Positions 38,767 to 49,304 are shown, numbered from the stretch's first letter. The stretch is DNA of 64,000 nucleotides from Actinophytocola sp. (GCA_009377395.1 WHUB01000008.1:20972-84971), one strand, 5' to 3'. Numbers and translations are program-made. Notes: generated by a model from the letters alone, not told the origin.

Positions 38767-39063
38767 ATGGAAAATGTGAGCAAGTCAGGTGATCATGCTC
38801 GGTTGACAGCATGGGTGCATGGTGCGGTGCAAGGCGTGGGATTCCGCTGGTGGACCCGCAGCCGAGCACTGGAGCTCGGCCTGGTCGGCCGTGCCAGCAA
38901 CCTCGCTGACGGCAGGGTCGAGGTCATCGCCGAAGGGCCGCAGGACCAGTGCGAACGGCTGCTGGCCGCGCTCCGCTCGGACCGCGCGCCCGGCTGGGTG
39001 GACACGGTCGTGGAACGGTGGTCCGAACCGAAGGGAAACCTGTCGGATTTCACGCAGCGGTGA
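38767..39063 (+). CDS. acyP: acylphosphatase
   Basis: RLTAWVHGAVQGVGFRWWTRSRALELGLVGRASNLADGRVEVIAEGP. Confidence 0.9.
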   Translation: MENVSKSGDHARLTAWVHGAVQGVGFRWWTRSRALELGLVGRASNLADGRVEVIAEGPQDQCERLLAALRSDRAPGWVDTVVERWSEPKGNLSDFTQR

Positions 39064-39205
39064 CCGACGGTAGTGCCGAGAATGGTGGTGGAAAAACCAC
39101 ACCTGTGGGTGAACGGATCGGGGGGCACGCGGAGCGGTGCGGACCCCCGTAATGCGGCCCGGGTACGATTTTTGATTTGATGCGGACTATGAAGGGTCGT
39201 CATTC

Positions 39206-42200
39206 GTGCATTTGAAGAGCTTGACGCTGAAGGGGTTCAAGTCCTTCGCATCGGCGACGACGCTGCGGTTCGAACCGGGAATCACCTGTGTCGTCGGCCC
39301 CAACGGCTCCGGTAAGTCGAACGTGCTCGACGCACTGCGCTGGGTCATGGGCACCCAAGGCGCCAAGGACCTGCGCGGCGGCAAGATGGAGGACGTCATC
39401 TTCGCCGGCACGTCCGGCCGCTCACCGCTCGGCCGTGCCGAGGTCACGCTGACCATCGACAACTCCGACGGCGCACTGCCCATCGACTACACCGAGGTCT
39501 CGATCACGCGCCGGATGTTCCGCGACGGCGCGAGCGAGTACGAGATCAACGGCGACACCTGCCGGCTGCTCGACATCCAGGAGATGCTCTCCGACTCCGG
39601 CATCGGCCGGGAGATGCACGTCATCGTCGGGCAGGGCCAGTTGTCCGAGATCCTCCAGTCCAAGCCGGAGGAGCGCAGGGGGTTCATCGAAGAGGCCGCC
39701 GGAGTGCTCAAGCATCGCAAGCGCAAAGAGAAGGCGCTGCGCAAGCTCAACTCGATGCAGGGCAACCTCGACCGGCTCAACGACCTGACCGCCGAGCTGC
39801 GCAGACAGCTCAAACCGCTCGGCAAGCAGGCCGAGATCGCCCGCAAGGCGCAGGCGGTGCAGGCCGAGCTGCGCGACGCGAAGTTGCGGCTCTACGCCGA
39901 CGACCTGGTCAGCCAGCGCGAGGCCATCGCCAAGGACGAGGCGGACGAGGCGCGGGTCAAGCAGCGGCGCGCCGAGGTCGAGCAGGAGTACGAGGCCGTC
40001 AGCGCGCAGCAGACCGAGCTGGAGGAGGCGCTCGCCGAGGACGCGCCGAAGCTCAGCGCCGCGCAGGACACCTGGTACAAGCTGTCCGCGCTGGCCGAGC
40101 GGCTGCGCGGCACCGTCCGGCTCGCCGTCGAGCGGCAGCGGCACCTCTCCGAAGAGGAGCCCATGCCGTCCGGCGGCAAGGACCCGGAGGAGCTGGAGAT
40201 CGAGGCCGAGGAGGCGGCCGAGCGGGAGGCCGAGCTGGCCGAGGAGGTCGAGCAGGCGCGGTCGGCGCTGTCTTCGGTCATCGAGCGCCGTGAGGAGCAG
40301 GAACGGGTGGCGCAGGAGGCCGAGCGCTCCCACATGGCCGCGGTGCGCGCGGTCGCCGACCGGCGCGAGGGCCTCGCCAAGCTGTCCGGCCAGGTCGAGG
40401 CGCTGCGGAGCAAGACGGGCGCCACCTCGGAGGAGATCGACCGGCTCACCACCGCCATCGAGGAGTCCGCGGCGCGGGCGGAGACCGCGAGAGATGAGCT
40501 CGAGGAGGCCAAGGCCGCCGAGGGCGACCCGGACACCGACGACAGCGACCTGACCGAACGGCTCGAACGGGCCATGCGGGCCAACGACGCCGCCAAGGCG
40601 CGGGTGGCCGAACTGGTCGAAAACGAGCGCGCCGCCGAGCGCGAGATCGCCTCCGAGAAGGCACGGGTCGACGCGTTGTCGATGGGACTGTCCCGTAAGG
40701 ACGGCGCCGGTGAGCTGCTCAGCGCCGCCGAGCAACTGCCCGGCCTGCTCGGCTCGGTCGCCGCGCTGCTGACCGTCGACTCGGGCTACGAGGTCGCGCT
40801 GGCCGCGGCGCTCGGCCCGGTCGCCGACGCCGTCGCCGTCCGCTGCGGCGAGGACGCGCTCATCGCGCTCAAGTACCTCAAGGAGCAGGAGTCCGGCCGG
40901 GCCTCGCTGCTGCTCGGCGGCGCGGACATCGCCGTCGACCCGGCGAGCTGGCCCGCGCTACCGCCGGGCGCGCGGTGGGCGCGGGAGGTCGTCACCGCGC
41001 CGAAGGAGCTGCGGCCCGCGGTCGAGCTGGCACTGGACAAGATGGCGATCGTGGCCGACCTGCCCGCCGCCGAGGCCCTCGTCCGCGACCATCCCGAGGT
41101 CCACGCCGTCACCAGCGAGGGCGACGTGCTCGGCGCGCACTTCGCCTTCGGCGGTTCCGCCCGCAGCGAGAGCGTGCTCGAGGTGCAGGCGGCCGTCGAC
41201 GAGGCCGAGGACCGGCTGATGGAGGCGCGGCGGTCACTCGAGCGCATCACCGCAGAGCTCGAAGGAGCCAGGGCCGAGCAGCAGGCCCGCCGCGACGAGG
41301 TGGGGCAGGCCCGCGAGTTGATCTCCGAGTCGAAGATCGACAAGGCGCGGGTGGCCGAGCGGCTCGACCGGATGCGGCAGGCGACGCAGTCGGCGGAGGC
41401 CGAGGTGGAGCGGCTACGCACGCAGCGCGACAAGGTCGAGGCGAGCAGGCAGTCCGCGCTCGAACAGCTCGCCGAGCTGGAAGAGCGGCTGTCGGCCGTG
41501 TCCGACCAGCCGGTCGACGACGACCCGGACACCACCGAGCGCGACGAGGCGGCCGCCGCCGTCACCGAGATCAGGCAGCAGGAGATGGACGCCCGGCTCG
41601 CGCTGCGGACCTCGGAGGAGCGGGCGCGCGGCATCCAGGGCAGGGCCGACTCGCTGCTGCGGGAGGCGCAGGCGGAGCGGCAGGCCCGGGAGCGCGCCGA
41701 GCAGGCCCGCATCGCCCGGCAGCGCGGCGCCGAGGTCGCGTCGGCCGTGGTGGACGGCGGCGAGGTGGCGCTGGAACGCATCGAGGTGTCGTTGCAGCGC
41801 GCCGCCGCCGAGCGCGACGCGGTGCAGCAGCAGCGGCAGTCGCGCGAGGACGCGCTGGCGCAGGTGCGCGCCAAGGCGCGCGAGCTGTCCAGCGAATTGG
41901 AGAAGCTGACCGACGCCGTGCACCGCGACGAGGTGGTGCGCGCCGAGCAGCGGCTGCGGCTCGAACAGCTCGAGGCCAGGATCACCGAAGAGTTCGGCAT
42001 CGGGCTCGACGACCTGGTCGCCGAGTACGGTCCCGACCAGCCGGTGCCCGCCAGCCCGGCCGAGGTCGCCGAGTACGAGGCCGCCCGCGAGCGCGGCGAG
42101 GAGGTCAGCGAGCCACAGCCGATCCCATACGAGCGGGCCACGCAGGAGCGCAGGGCCAAGCGGGCCGAGCGCGACCTCGCCACGCTCGGCAAGGTCAACC

Positions 42201-42799
42201 CGCTCGCGCTCGAGGAGTACGCCGCGCTCGAGGAGCGCTACAAGTTCCTGTCGACGCAGCTCGAAGACCTCAAGGACACCCGCAAGGACCTGCTGTCGGT
42301 GATCTCCGAGGTCGACGCCAAGATCCTCGAGGTGTTCAACTCGGCCTACGAGGACGTGGCGCGCGAGTTCGAGATCGTCTTCGCGACGCTGTTCCCCGGC
42401 GGCGAGGGCCGGATGGTGCTCACCGAGCCGGACGACATGCTCACCAGCGGCGTCGACGTCGAGGCGAGGCCGCCCGGCAAGAAGATCAAGCGGCTGTCGC
42501 TGCTGTCCGGCGGGGAGAAGTCGCTGGTCGCGGTCGCGATGCTGGTGGCGATCTTCCGGGCGCGGCCGTCGCCATTCTACGTGCTCGACGAGGTCGAGGC
42601 CGCGCTGGACGAGACCAACATGCGGCGGCTGCTGGGCCTGCTCGAACAGCTGCGGGAGAACTCGCAGCTGATCGTCATCACGCACCAGAAGCCGACCATG
42701 GAGATCGCCGACGCGCTCTACGGCGTCAGCATGGCCGGCGACGGCATCACCAAGGTCATCTCGCAGCGGCTGCGCGCGGGGGAGCCCGTCCCGGCGTAG
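39206..42799 (+). CDS. smc: chromosome segregation protein SMC
   Basis: VHLKSLTLKGFKSFA..T.L.FEPGITCVVGPNGSGKSNVLDAL.WV, long coiled coils with a hinge, and C-terminal LSGGEKSLVAVAMLVAIF...PFYVLDEVEAALD. Confidence 0.96.
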   Translation: MHLKSLTLKGFKSFASATTLRFEPGITCVVGPNGSGKSNVLDALRWVMGTQGAKDLRGGKMEDVIFAGTSGRSPLGRAEVTLTIDNSDGALPIDYTEVSITRRMFRDGASEYEINGDTCRLLDIQEMLSDSGIGREMHVIVGQGQLSEILQSKPEERRGFIEEAAGVLKHRKRKEKALRKLNSMQGNLDRLNDLTAELRRQLKPLGKQAEIARKAQAVQAELRDAKLRLYADDLVSQREAIAKDEADEARVKQRRAEVEQEYEAVSAQQTELEEALAEDAPKLSAAQDTWYKLSALAERLRGTVRLAVERQRHLSEEEPMPSGGKDPEELEIEAEEAAEREAELAEEVEQARSALSSVIERREEQERVAQEAERSHMAAVRAVADRREGLAKLSGQVEALRSKTGATSEEIDRLTTAIEESAARAETARDELEEAKAAEGDPDTDDSDLTERLERAMRANDAAKARVAELVENERAAEREIASEKARVDALSMGLSRKDGAGELLSAAEQLPGLLGSVAALLTVDSGYEVALAAALGPVADAVAVRCGEDALIALKYLKEQESGRASLLLGGADIAVDPASWPALPPGARWAREVVTAPKELRPAVELALDKMAIVADLPAAEALVRDHPEVHAVTSEGDVLGAHFAFGGSARSESVLEVQAAVDEAEDRLMEARRSLERITAELEGARAEQQARRDEVGQARELISESKIDKARVAERLDRMRQATQSAEAEVERLRTQRDKVEASRQSALEQLAELEERLSAVSDQPVDDDPDTTERDEAAAAVTEIRQQEMDARLALRTSEERARGIQGRADSLLREAQAERQARERAEQARIARQRGAEVASAVVDGGEVALERIEVSLQRAAAERDAVQQQRQSREDALAQVRAKARELSSELEKLTDAVHRDEVVRAEQRLRLEQLEARITEEFGIGLDDLVAEYGPDQPVPASPAEVAEYEAARERGEEVSEPQPIPYERATQERRAKRAERDLATLGKVNPLALEEYAALEERYKFLSTQLEDLKDTRKDLLSVISEVDAKILEVFNSAYEDVAREFEIVFATLFPGGEGRMVLTEPDDMLTSGVDVEARPPGKKIKRLSLLSGGEKSLVAVAMLVAIFRARPSPFYVLDEVEAALDETNMRRLLGLLEQLRENSQLIVITHQKPTMEIADALYGVSMAGDGITKVISQRLRAGEPVPA

Positions 42800-42830
42800 C
42801 CGATCGCCGCCCGGATGCGAGGATGGCGTC

Positions 42831-44135
42831 GTGATGGACAACCTCTGGCTCTGGGTCATCCTCGTCGCCGTCATCCTGCTGACGGTCGCGCTCGTCTCGG
42901 GATTCACGCTCGCCCGCAAGCGCCGGATCAGCCTGCGTGAGCCGGAGCGGGACACGCCGTCCGGCCGCTACAACGCCGGTGGCGGGATCGCGCTGGCGCC
43001 GGGCGGCACCGCGCCGGAACATCCCGCCGAGGAACGCACCGAGACTGACGGCGAGCCAGGAGTCGGCGAGGACGCGGCGGTGCCGCGGGACTCGGCGCAG
43101 CGCGGCATCGTCGACGTCGGACTGCCGTCCGAGCAGGACACGGACACCGCGACCGCGCCGGAGGCCGAGCCGGAGCCGGCCGCCGAACCGCTCGATGAGA
43201 TCGAGCCGCCGTCGGGCAGGCTCGGGCGGCTGCGCGGCAAGCTGTCGAAGTCGCGCTCGGCGTTCGGCCAGAGTCTCGTCGGCCTGCTCGGCGCGGGCGA
43301 CCTCGACGAGGACTCCTGGGAGGAGGTCGAGGACACCCTGCTCGTCGCCGACCTCGGCGCGGCGACGACGACCGAGATCGTCACCCGGCTGCGCGAAGAG
43401 CTGCACAGCCGCGGCGTGCGCACCCCGGAGCAGGCGCGGACGGTGCTGCGCGAGGTGCTGATCGGGGCGCTGCGGCCGGAGCTGGAGCGCTCGGTGCGGG
43501 CGCTGCCGCACCAGGTCGACGGCAGCAAGCGCCCCGCCGTGGTGCTGATCGCCGGCGTCAACGGCACCGGCAAGACCACGACCACCGGCAAGCTCGCCCG
43601 GGTGCTGATCGGGCAGGACCACAAGGTGGTGCTCGGCGCGGCCGACACCTTCCGCGCCGCCGCCGCCGACCAGCTACAGACCTGGTCGGAGCGGGTCGGC
43701 GCCGAGGTGGTGCGCGGCAACGAGGGCGCCGATCCCGCATCGGTCGCGTTCGACGCGGTCAAGCGTGGCATCGACGCCGGGGTTGACGCCGTGCTCGTCG
43801 ACACCGCGGGCAGGCTGCACACCAAGACCGGCCTGATGGACGAGCTGGGCAAGGTCAAGCGGGTGGTCGAGAAGCAGGCGCGGGTGGACGAGGTGCTGCT
43901 CGTGCTCGACGCGACCACCGGCCAGAACGGCCTGACGCAGGCGCGCGTGTTCGGCGAGGTCGTCGACGTCACCGGCATCGTGCTCACCAAGCTCGACGGC
44001 ACCGCCAAGGGCGGAATCGTGTTCCAGGTGCAGCGCGAGCTCGGCGTGCCGGTCAAGCTCGTCGGCCTCGGCGAGGGCCCCGACGACCTCGCCCCGTTCG
44101 AGCCGGAGGCTTTCGTCGACGCGTTGCTGGACTGA
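42831..44135 (+). CDS. ftsY: signal recognition particle receptor FtsY
   Basis: N-terminal TM plus acidic region, then NG domain: [20 protein letters not shown]...[11 protein letters not shown]...[10 protein letters not shown]...[14 protein letters not shown]. Confidence 0.95.
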   Translation: MMDNLWLWVILVAVILLTVALVSGFTLARKRRISLREPERDTPSGRYNAGGGIALAPGGTAPEHPAEERTETDGEPGVGEDAAVPRDSAQRGIVDVGLPSEQDTDTATAPEAEPEPAAEPLDEIEPPSGRLGRLRGKLSKSRSAFGQSLVGLLGAGDLDEDSWEEVEDTLLVADLGAATTTEIVTRLREELHSRGVRTPEQARTVLREVLIGALRPELERSVRALPHQVDGSKRPAVVLIAGVNGTGKTTTTGKLARVLIGQDHKVVLGAADTFRAAAADQLQTWSERVGAEVVRGNEGADPASVAFDAVKRGIDAGVDAVLVDTAGRLHTKTGLMDELGKVKRVVEKQARVDEVLLVLDATTGQNGLTQARVFGEVVDVTGIVLTKLDGTAKGGIVFQVQRELGVPVKLVGLGEGPDDLAPFEPEAFVDALLD

Positions 44136-44146
44136 CCTAGCAGCGC

Positions 44147-44290
44147 GAGCTGATCTGGGGAGGGACCACAAGACGCGCTCGGCGAAGCCCTCACGATCGA
44201 GGTGGCGGGGCGTCCCAGGCAGCAAGAACAGACGCGCCCAATCGAGCCCGAGCCCCGGCGACGCGATCGGGTCGAGCGTTGAACAAGCAC
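44147..44290. repeat. interspersed intergenic repeat, copy B (~144 nt), partner at 16538..16684
   Basis: Same orientation and same context as copy A: immediately after a plus-strand stop and abutting the stop of a convergent minus-strand gene (dinB). See copy A for the alignment. Confidence 0.85.
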
Positions 44291-44293
44291 TGA

Positions 44294-45490
44294 CTAATCG
44301 GGCAAGGTCGGCATGGCGATGCCGGGGGAGCGGCCGAGCAGCGCGCCCCGGGTGATGGCTTCGGCGCCGAACCGCTCCCGCACGTCGTCCACCACCGGGT
44401 CGACGTCGACGCCGAACGCCGTGTCGAAGGGCAGTTCGAGCTGTGCGGTGGCCTCGTCGCTGAGCCCGGCCACCGCCACCCCGATCAGCGTCAGCCCGTC
44501 CCGGTCGATGCGCGGCATCGCCGCCCGCAGCAGCTGCCGCGCCGTGGCGAGCACCAGGGCGGTGCGTGCCGTCGGCGCGGCGAGCGTGTGCGAGCGCGTC
44601 GCGCGCGTGAAGTCGGCGAACCGCAGCCGGAGCACGACCGTGCGGCCGCGCCAGTCGGCCCGGCGCATCCGGCGGCACACCCGTTCGACCAGCCCGGTCA
44701 GCGCCGCGTCGATGTCGGCCGCCGACCTCGGTGCCCTGCCGAGCGCCCGCTGCGCCCCGATCGAGCCGCGCCGCCTGCGGTGCCGCACCGGCCGGGGGTC
44801 CTCGTTGTGCGCCAGCCGATGCAGGTGCCGTCCGCTGGCCTGGCCGAGCAGCGTGGTCAGCATCGCCTCGCTGTGGCGGGCGACGTCGCCCACGGTGTGC
44901 AGCCCCCGGTCACGCAGCCTCGCCTCCGTCACCGGGCCGACACCCCACAGCTTGCCCACCGGCAGCGGGTGCAGGAACGCCGTCTCACCTCCCGGGTCGA
45001 CCACGAGCAGGCCGTCCGGCTTGGCCACCCCGCTCGCCACCTTGGCCAGGAACTTCGTCCGCGCCACGCCGACCGTGATCGGCAGCCCGACCCGCTCCCG
45101 CACCGCGCTCCGCAGCCGCGCCGCCACCTCGGCCGGGTCGCCGACGACCTTGCGGAGGCCCGAGACGTCGAGGAACGCCTCGTCGATCGACAGCCCCTCG
45201 ACATGCGGACTGGTGTCGTCGAAGACGTCGAACACCGCCTTGCTCGCCTCGGCGTACGCCGACATCCGGGGCGGCACGACCACCGCGTGCGGGCACAGCC
45301 GCCGCGCCTCGCCGCCGCTCATCGCGCCGCGCACGCCGTAGGCTCGCGCCTCGTAACTCGCCGCGAGCACCACCCCTCCGCCGACCAGCACCGGACGCCC
45401 CCGCAGCGCGGGGTCGTCGCGCTGCTCGACCGACGCGAAGAACGCGTCCAGGTCGGCATGCAGGATCGTCGCCTCCTCCGACACGAACAC
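44294..45490 (-). CDS. dinB: DNA polymerase IV (Y-family)
   Basis: ILHADLDAFFASVEQRDDPALRGRPVLVGG..VVLAASYEARAYGV....GLSIDEAFLDV...LPV.KLWGVGPVT. Confidence 0.93.
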   Translation of the reverse strand: MFVSEEATILHADLDAFFASVEQRDDPALRGRPVLVGGGVVLAASYEARAYGVRGAMSGGEARRLCPHAVVVPPRMSAYAEASKAVFDVFDDTSPHVEGLSIDEAFLDVSGLRKVVGDPAEVAARLRSAVRERVGLPITVGVARTKFLAKVASGVAKPDGLLVVDPGGETAFLHPLPVGKLWGVGPVTEARLRDRGLHTVGDVARHSEAMLTTLLGQASGRHLHRLAHNEDPRPVRHRRRRGSIGAQRALGRAPRSAADIDAALTGLVERVCRRMRRADWRGRTVVLRLRFADFTRATRSHTLAAPTARTALVLATARQLLRAAMPRIDRDGLTLIGVAVAGLSDEATAQLELPFDTAFGVDVDPVVDDVRERFGAEAITRGALLGRSPGIAMPTLPD

Positions 45491-45515
45491 ATGTTCCCAT
45501 CGGGGTCCGACAGTT

Positions 45516-46178
45516 TCAGCCCGCGACGAGCCCCGACTGGTAGGCGAACACCACGAGCTGCGCCCGGTCGCGGGCGCCGAGCTTGATCATCGCCCGGCTG
45601 ACGTGAGTGCGCGCGGTCGCCGGGCTCACCACCAGCCGCGCCGCGATCTCGTCGTTGCTCAGCCCCTCGCCGACGAGGCCCACGATCTCGCGCTCCCGCT
45701 CGGTCAGCGTGTGCAGCTGTGGGTGCGGTTTCGTCGGGCGGGACGCGCCCGCGCTGAACTCGGCCACCACCCGCCGGGTCACCGACGGCGACAGCAGCGA
45801 CTCGCCCGCGGCGACCACCCGGATCGCGCGCAGCAGCTCGGCGGGCGCGGTGTCCTTGAGCAGGAACCCGCTCGCGCCGTTGCGCAGCGCGTCGAAGACG
45901 TACTCGTCCAGCTCGAACGTCGTCAGCACCAGCACCAGCACCCGCACGTCGGACAGCGCCGGATCGGCGCCGATCCGCTTGGTCGCCTCGATGCCGTCGA
46001 TGCCGGGCATCCGCACGTCCATCAGCACCACGTCCGGCCGGTGCCGCCGCGCCAGCTCCACGGTGGTGAGCCCGTCGGCGGCCTCGGCCACGACGCCGAG
46101 GTCGTCCTCACTGTCCACGAGGGTGCGCAGGCCGAGCCGCACCACGTCCTGATCGTCGGCGATGAGCACCGAGATCAC
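45516..46178 (-). CDS. NarL/LuxR-family response regulator
   Basis: VISVLIADDQDVVRLGLRTLV...PDVVLMDVRMPGIDGIEAT, and a C-terminal LuxR HTH LTEREREIVGLVGEGLSNDEIAARLVVSPATARTHVSRAMIKLG. GTG start overlaps the kinase stop (GTGA). Confidence 0.92.
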   Translation of the reverse strand: MISVLIADDQDVVRLGLRTLVDSEDDLGVVAEAADGLTTVELARRHRPDVVLMDVRMPGIDGIEATKRIGADPALSDVRVLVLVLTTFELDEYVFDALRNGASGFLLKDTAPAELLRAIRVVAAGESLLSPSVTRRVVAEFSAGASRPTKPHPQLHTLTEREREIVGLVGEGLSNDEIAARLVVSPATARTHVSRAMIKLGARDRAQLVVFAYQSGLVAG

Positions 46179-47288
46179 GACGCGCCCGCCGTCGGCAGCA
46201 AGGCGCTGACCTCGAACCCGCCCGCCTGCGTCGCGGCCGTGCTGAACGTGCCGCCGAGCGCGGTGACCCGCTCGCGCATCCCCGCGATGCCGAGCCCGGC
46301 GCCGTCGCCCGCCGCGCCCGTCCCACCGGGCGGATTGGTCACGGTGACACTCACCGTGTCAGTCTCATAGCCCGATGGTCACCCCGGCAACCCGCGCCCC
46401 GGAGTGCCGCAGCACGTTCGTCAGCGACTCCTGCACCACCCGGTAGCAGGCCAGGTCGACGGCGGTGGGCACCGGCCGCTCGGCGCCGGTGGTGCGCACG
46501 GCGACGTCGAGCCCCGCCTCCCGCATCCGATCCGCCAGCTCGCCGAGCCGCCCGATCCCCGGCGCGGGCGCGCGGTCCGCCGAGCCGGTGCGCCGCACCG
46601 TGGTCAGCGTCGCGCGCAGCTCGTCCAGCGCGGCGGTGCTGGTCTCGCTGATCGTCTCGAGCGCGGCCTGTGCCTGTTCCGGTTTGCGCCCGAGCAGGTG
46701 CAGCGCGACGTCGGCCTGCATCTTGATCGCGACCAGGCCGTGCCCGACGACGTCGTGCACCTCCTGCGCGATCCGCAGCCGCTCGTCGCTGACGTGCTGC
46801 CGGAGCGTCTCGGCGCGCGTCCGCTCCCGCGAGTCCCGCAGCACCCGCACGGTGATCCCGGCCGCGAACGGCACCACCACCCACGCCGCCGCCGGTGCCA
46901 GCCCGAAGACGCCGAGCGGGCTGTCGTCGACGACGACGTGACCGCTCAGCGCGAGCAGCGCCACCACGGCGGCGGGCACCGAGCGGGACAGCTCGGTGTG
47001 CACGGCGACCGAGTACACCGCGACGAAGAACGCCACCAGGATCGGGCCGTACGGATAGTCGGCCAGCAGGTACGCCGTGCTGGCCGCGGTCGCGACGGCG
47101 AGCGTGGTCAGCGGCAGCCGCCTGCGCAGGGCGAGCACCAGCGCCGTCACGACGACCAGCGTCATGCCGATCGCGTCGATGTCGCGGCCGGTGGCTTGGG
47201 TGCCGGCGCCGAGCGTGCCGACGACGCCGAACGCGGTCAGCAGCACCGCGATGGCGCCGTCGGCGAGCCACGATCTGAGTGTGGTCAC
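46175..47288 (-). pseudogene. HisKA_3-type sensor histidine kinase interrupted by a frameshift near 46365..46378
   Basis: The upstream frame (47288..46365) gives TM segments, the H-box RIAQEVHDVVGHGL and the N-box QESLTNVLRH, then stops (..GVTIGL*). The +1 frame continues YETDTVSVTVTNPPGGTGAAGDGAGLGIAGMRERVTALGGTFSTAATQAGGFEVSALLP*. That segment is the missing G-box/ATP-lid end and terminates in GTGA overlap with the regulator. The second frame is closed upstream of 46378, which pins the lesion. Confidence 0.75.
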
Positions 47289-47299
47289 GAGACGATCTT

Positions 47300-48127
47300 T
47301 CAGTCCAGGTCGGTGCGTGACAACAGCCAGCCACCCGACACGGCGAACGCCACCAGGTACGCCGCCACGACGAGCGCCGCCTGCCCGCCGCCGACCGTGG
47401 TGGCGACGCCGGGGGTGTCGGTCCCCGCGCCGAGCGCGGCGACGAGCGAGCCAGCGTTCGGCCCCGGCAGCCCGAGCTGGAGGTCGGCGATCCAGTCGAC
47501 CAGCGGTGCCGCGATCCCCGCCAGCAGGTTCTGCACCGCGAGCAGCCACACCAGGCCGAGCCCGACCGGCAGCGCGACACCCCGGAACACCACCGCGAGC
47601 AGCGCGCCGAAGCTAGCCCACATCAGCGCGACCAGCCAGCCGCCGCCGATGCCCGCCAGCTGCTCGGTCAGTGGCGGCCAGTCGAGCGGCTGGTTCTCGA
47701 CGGCCGCGACGAGCGTGCTCGCACCGGCGGACACCGCGGCGAGCACCAGCGTCATGGCGAGCGTCGCGACCGCGATCGTGGCCAGCTTGCTCGCGTACAC
47801 GGTGGCGCGCGACGGCCCCTGGGCCAGCACCGTCTTCCACGTGGTCGCGGTGTACTCGGTGCCGACGACCAGCACGCCGAGGATCACCGCGAGCGCCCCG
47901 GCGAACACCGGCATGCCGCCGATGGCGTTGCCGACGTAGGCCGGTGGCAGCATGCCCGGCAGCCCGAGGTCGCTGTTCGGCGGTGTTGCGGTGCCACCGG
48001 CATATCCGGCGTAGGGGATGAGGTACGCGAACGTCAGGCTGAGCGTGACCGCGACGGCCAGCAGCAGCCAGTTCGCCGGCCTGCGCAGCGCCTTGGCCAG
48101 CTCGGCGCGGATGTTGCTAAGCAGCAT
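47300..48127 (-). CDS. ABC-2-type transporter permease
   Basis: 275 aa with six hydrophobic segments (ANWLLLAVAVTLSLTFAYLI..., VFAGALAVILGVLVVG.., etc.). GGAGG RBS; overlaps the ATPase gene by 11 nt. Confidence 0.8.
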   Translation of the reverse strand: MLLSNIRAELAKALRRPANWLLLAVAVTLSLTFAYLIPYAGYAGGTATPPNSDLGLPGMLPPAYVGNAIGGMPVFAGALAVILGVLVVGTEYTATTWKTVLAQGPSRATVYASKLATIAVATLAMTLVLAAVSAGASTLVAAVENQPLDWPPLTEQLAGIGGGWLVALMWASFGALLAVVFRGVALPVGLGLVWLLAVQNLLAGIAAPLVDWIADLQLGLPGPNAGSLVAALGAGTDTPGVATTVGGGQAALVVAAYLVAFAVSGGWLLSRTDLD

Positions 48128-49028
48128 GGTTTCCTCCGGTGAGTGAGAAGAAGACCTCTTCGAGGTTCGGCCGCCGCCAGCGCAGCTCGCTGACGTCGAT
48201 TCCGGCGCCGACCAGGTCGGCGTTGATCTTCGCCGCGTCGGACTCGTCGACGTCGAGCTCGAGCACGTCGTCGTGGCGCCGCACGGTGTCGTCGCCGTAC
48301 GCGGCCACCAGCCGGGTGTGCGCGATGTCCGGCTGCGCGGTGACGACGACCAGCCGTCCGCCCGCGCCGAGCTCGCCGACCGGTCGCTCCGCGACGAGCG
48401 CGCCCCGGGAGAGCACGCTGACGCGGTCGCAGATCTGCTGCACCTCGCCGAGCAGATGGCTCGACAGCAGCACGGTGCGCCCCTGCGCGCCGAGCTTGCG
48501 CAGCAGGCCGCGCATGTCGGCCATGCCCGCCGGGTCGAGCCCGTTCGTCGGCTCGTCGAGGATCAACAGCGCCGGATCCTTGAGCAACGCGGCGGCGATG
48601 CCGAGCCGTTGCTTCATCCCGAGCGAGTACGTCGAATACTTGTCGCCGGCGCGGTCGGTCAGCTCCACCTCGTCGAGCACGACGGCGACCCGGCTCGCCG
48701 TCATCCCGGCGTGTCCCGCGAGGACTCGCAGGTTCTCGCGCCCGGACAGGTACGGATAGAACGCGGGTCCCTCGATCAGGGCGCCGACCGCATCGAGGTA
48801 GCCGCGAGTCGTTGAGTCCTTTCCGTACAGACGCACGCCGCCCGATGTCGGCGCGATCAGGCCGAGTAGCATCCGCAGTGTCGTCGTCTTTCCCGCCCCG
48901 TTCGGCCCGAGAAAGCCGTACACTTCGCCTTGCTCGATCGTCAGATTCAGTTCGTCGACCGCGGTGACCTCGCCGTAGCGCTTGGTCAGTGAGTCGGTCC
49001 ATACCGGTTTGGTCATGGTTGTGAGCAT
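48117..49028 (-). CDS. ABC transporter ATP-binding protein (ABC-2/drug-exporter type)
   Basis: GFLGPNGAGKTTTLRML (Walker A), YSLGMKQRLGIA (signature), LLILDEPTNGLD (Walker B), and the H-loop SSHLL. Confidence 0.92.
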   Translation of the reverse strand: MLTTMTKPVWTDSLTKRYGEVTAVDELNLTIEQGEVYGFLGPNGAGKTTTLRMLLGLIAPTSGGVRLYGKDSTTRGYLDAVGALIEGPAFYPYLSGRENLRVLAGHAGMTASRVAVVLDEVELTDRAGDKYSTYSLGMKQRLGIAAALLKDPALLILDEPTNGLDPAGMADMRGLLRKLGAQGRTVLLSSHLLGEVQQICDRVSVLSRGALVAERPVGELGAGGRLVVVTAQPDIAHTRLVAAYGDDTVRRHDDVLELDVDESDAAKINADLVGAGIDVSELRWRRPNLEEVFFSLTGGNHAA

Positions 49029-49304
49029 GCTGCCGGAATGGTCGCTGCGCGTCGGCCGCTGAGCGGCTCCTCGGCTACGTCAGCGAACGTAGGGGTGTTG
49101 CGATTTGATAGAGATCAACGGGTAGGGTGCTCGCGATCGGCCGTGCGACTCGAACAAGTCGATCGGCCGTTGTACGGTCTGAGGTGAACCACGACCAGGG
49201 CGAGGTTCTGGTGTGACCTGCCTGCGGCAGCGTGGCCGACGTGGTCAGCTGGCGTGGCGGGTCCGCCCGCATACTCCGCCTGGCCGACAGAGGCGGAGGT
49301 ATTG

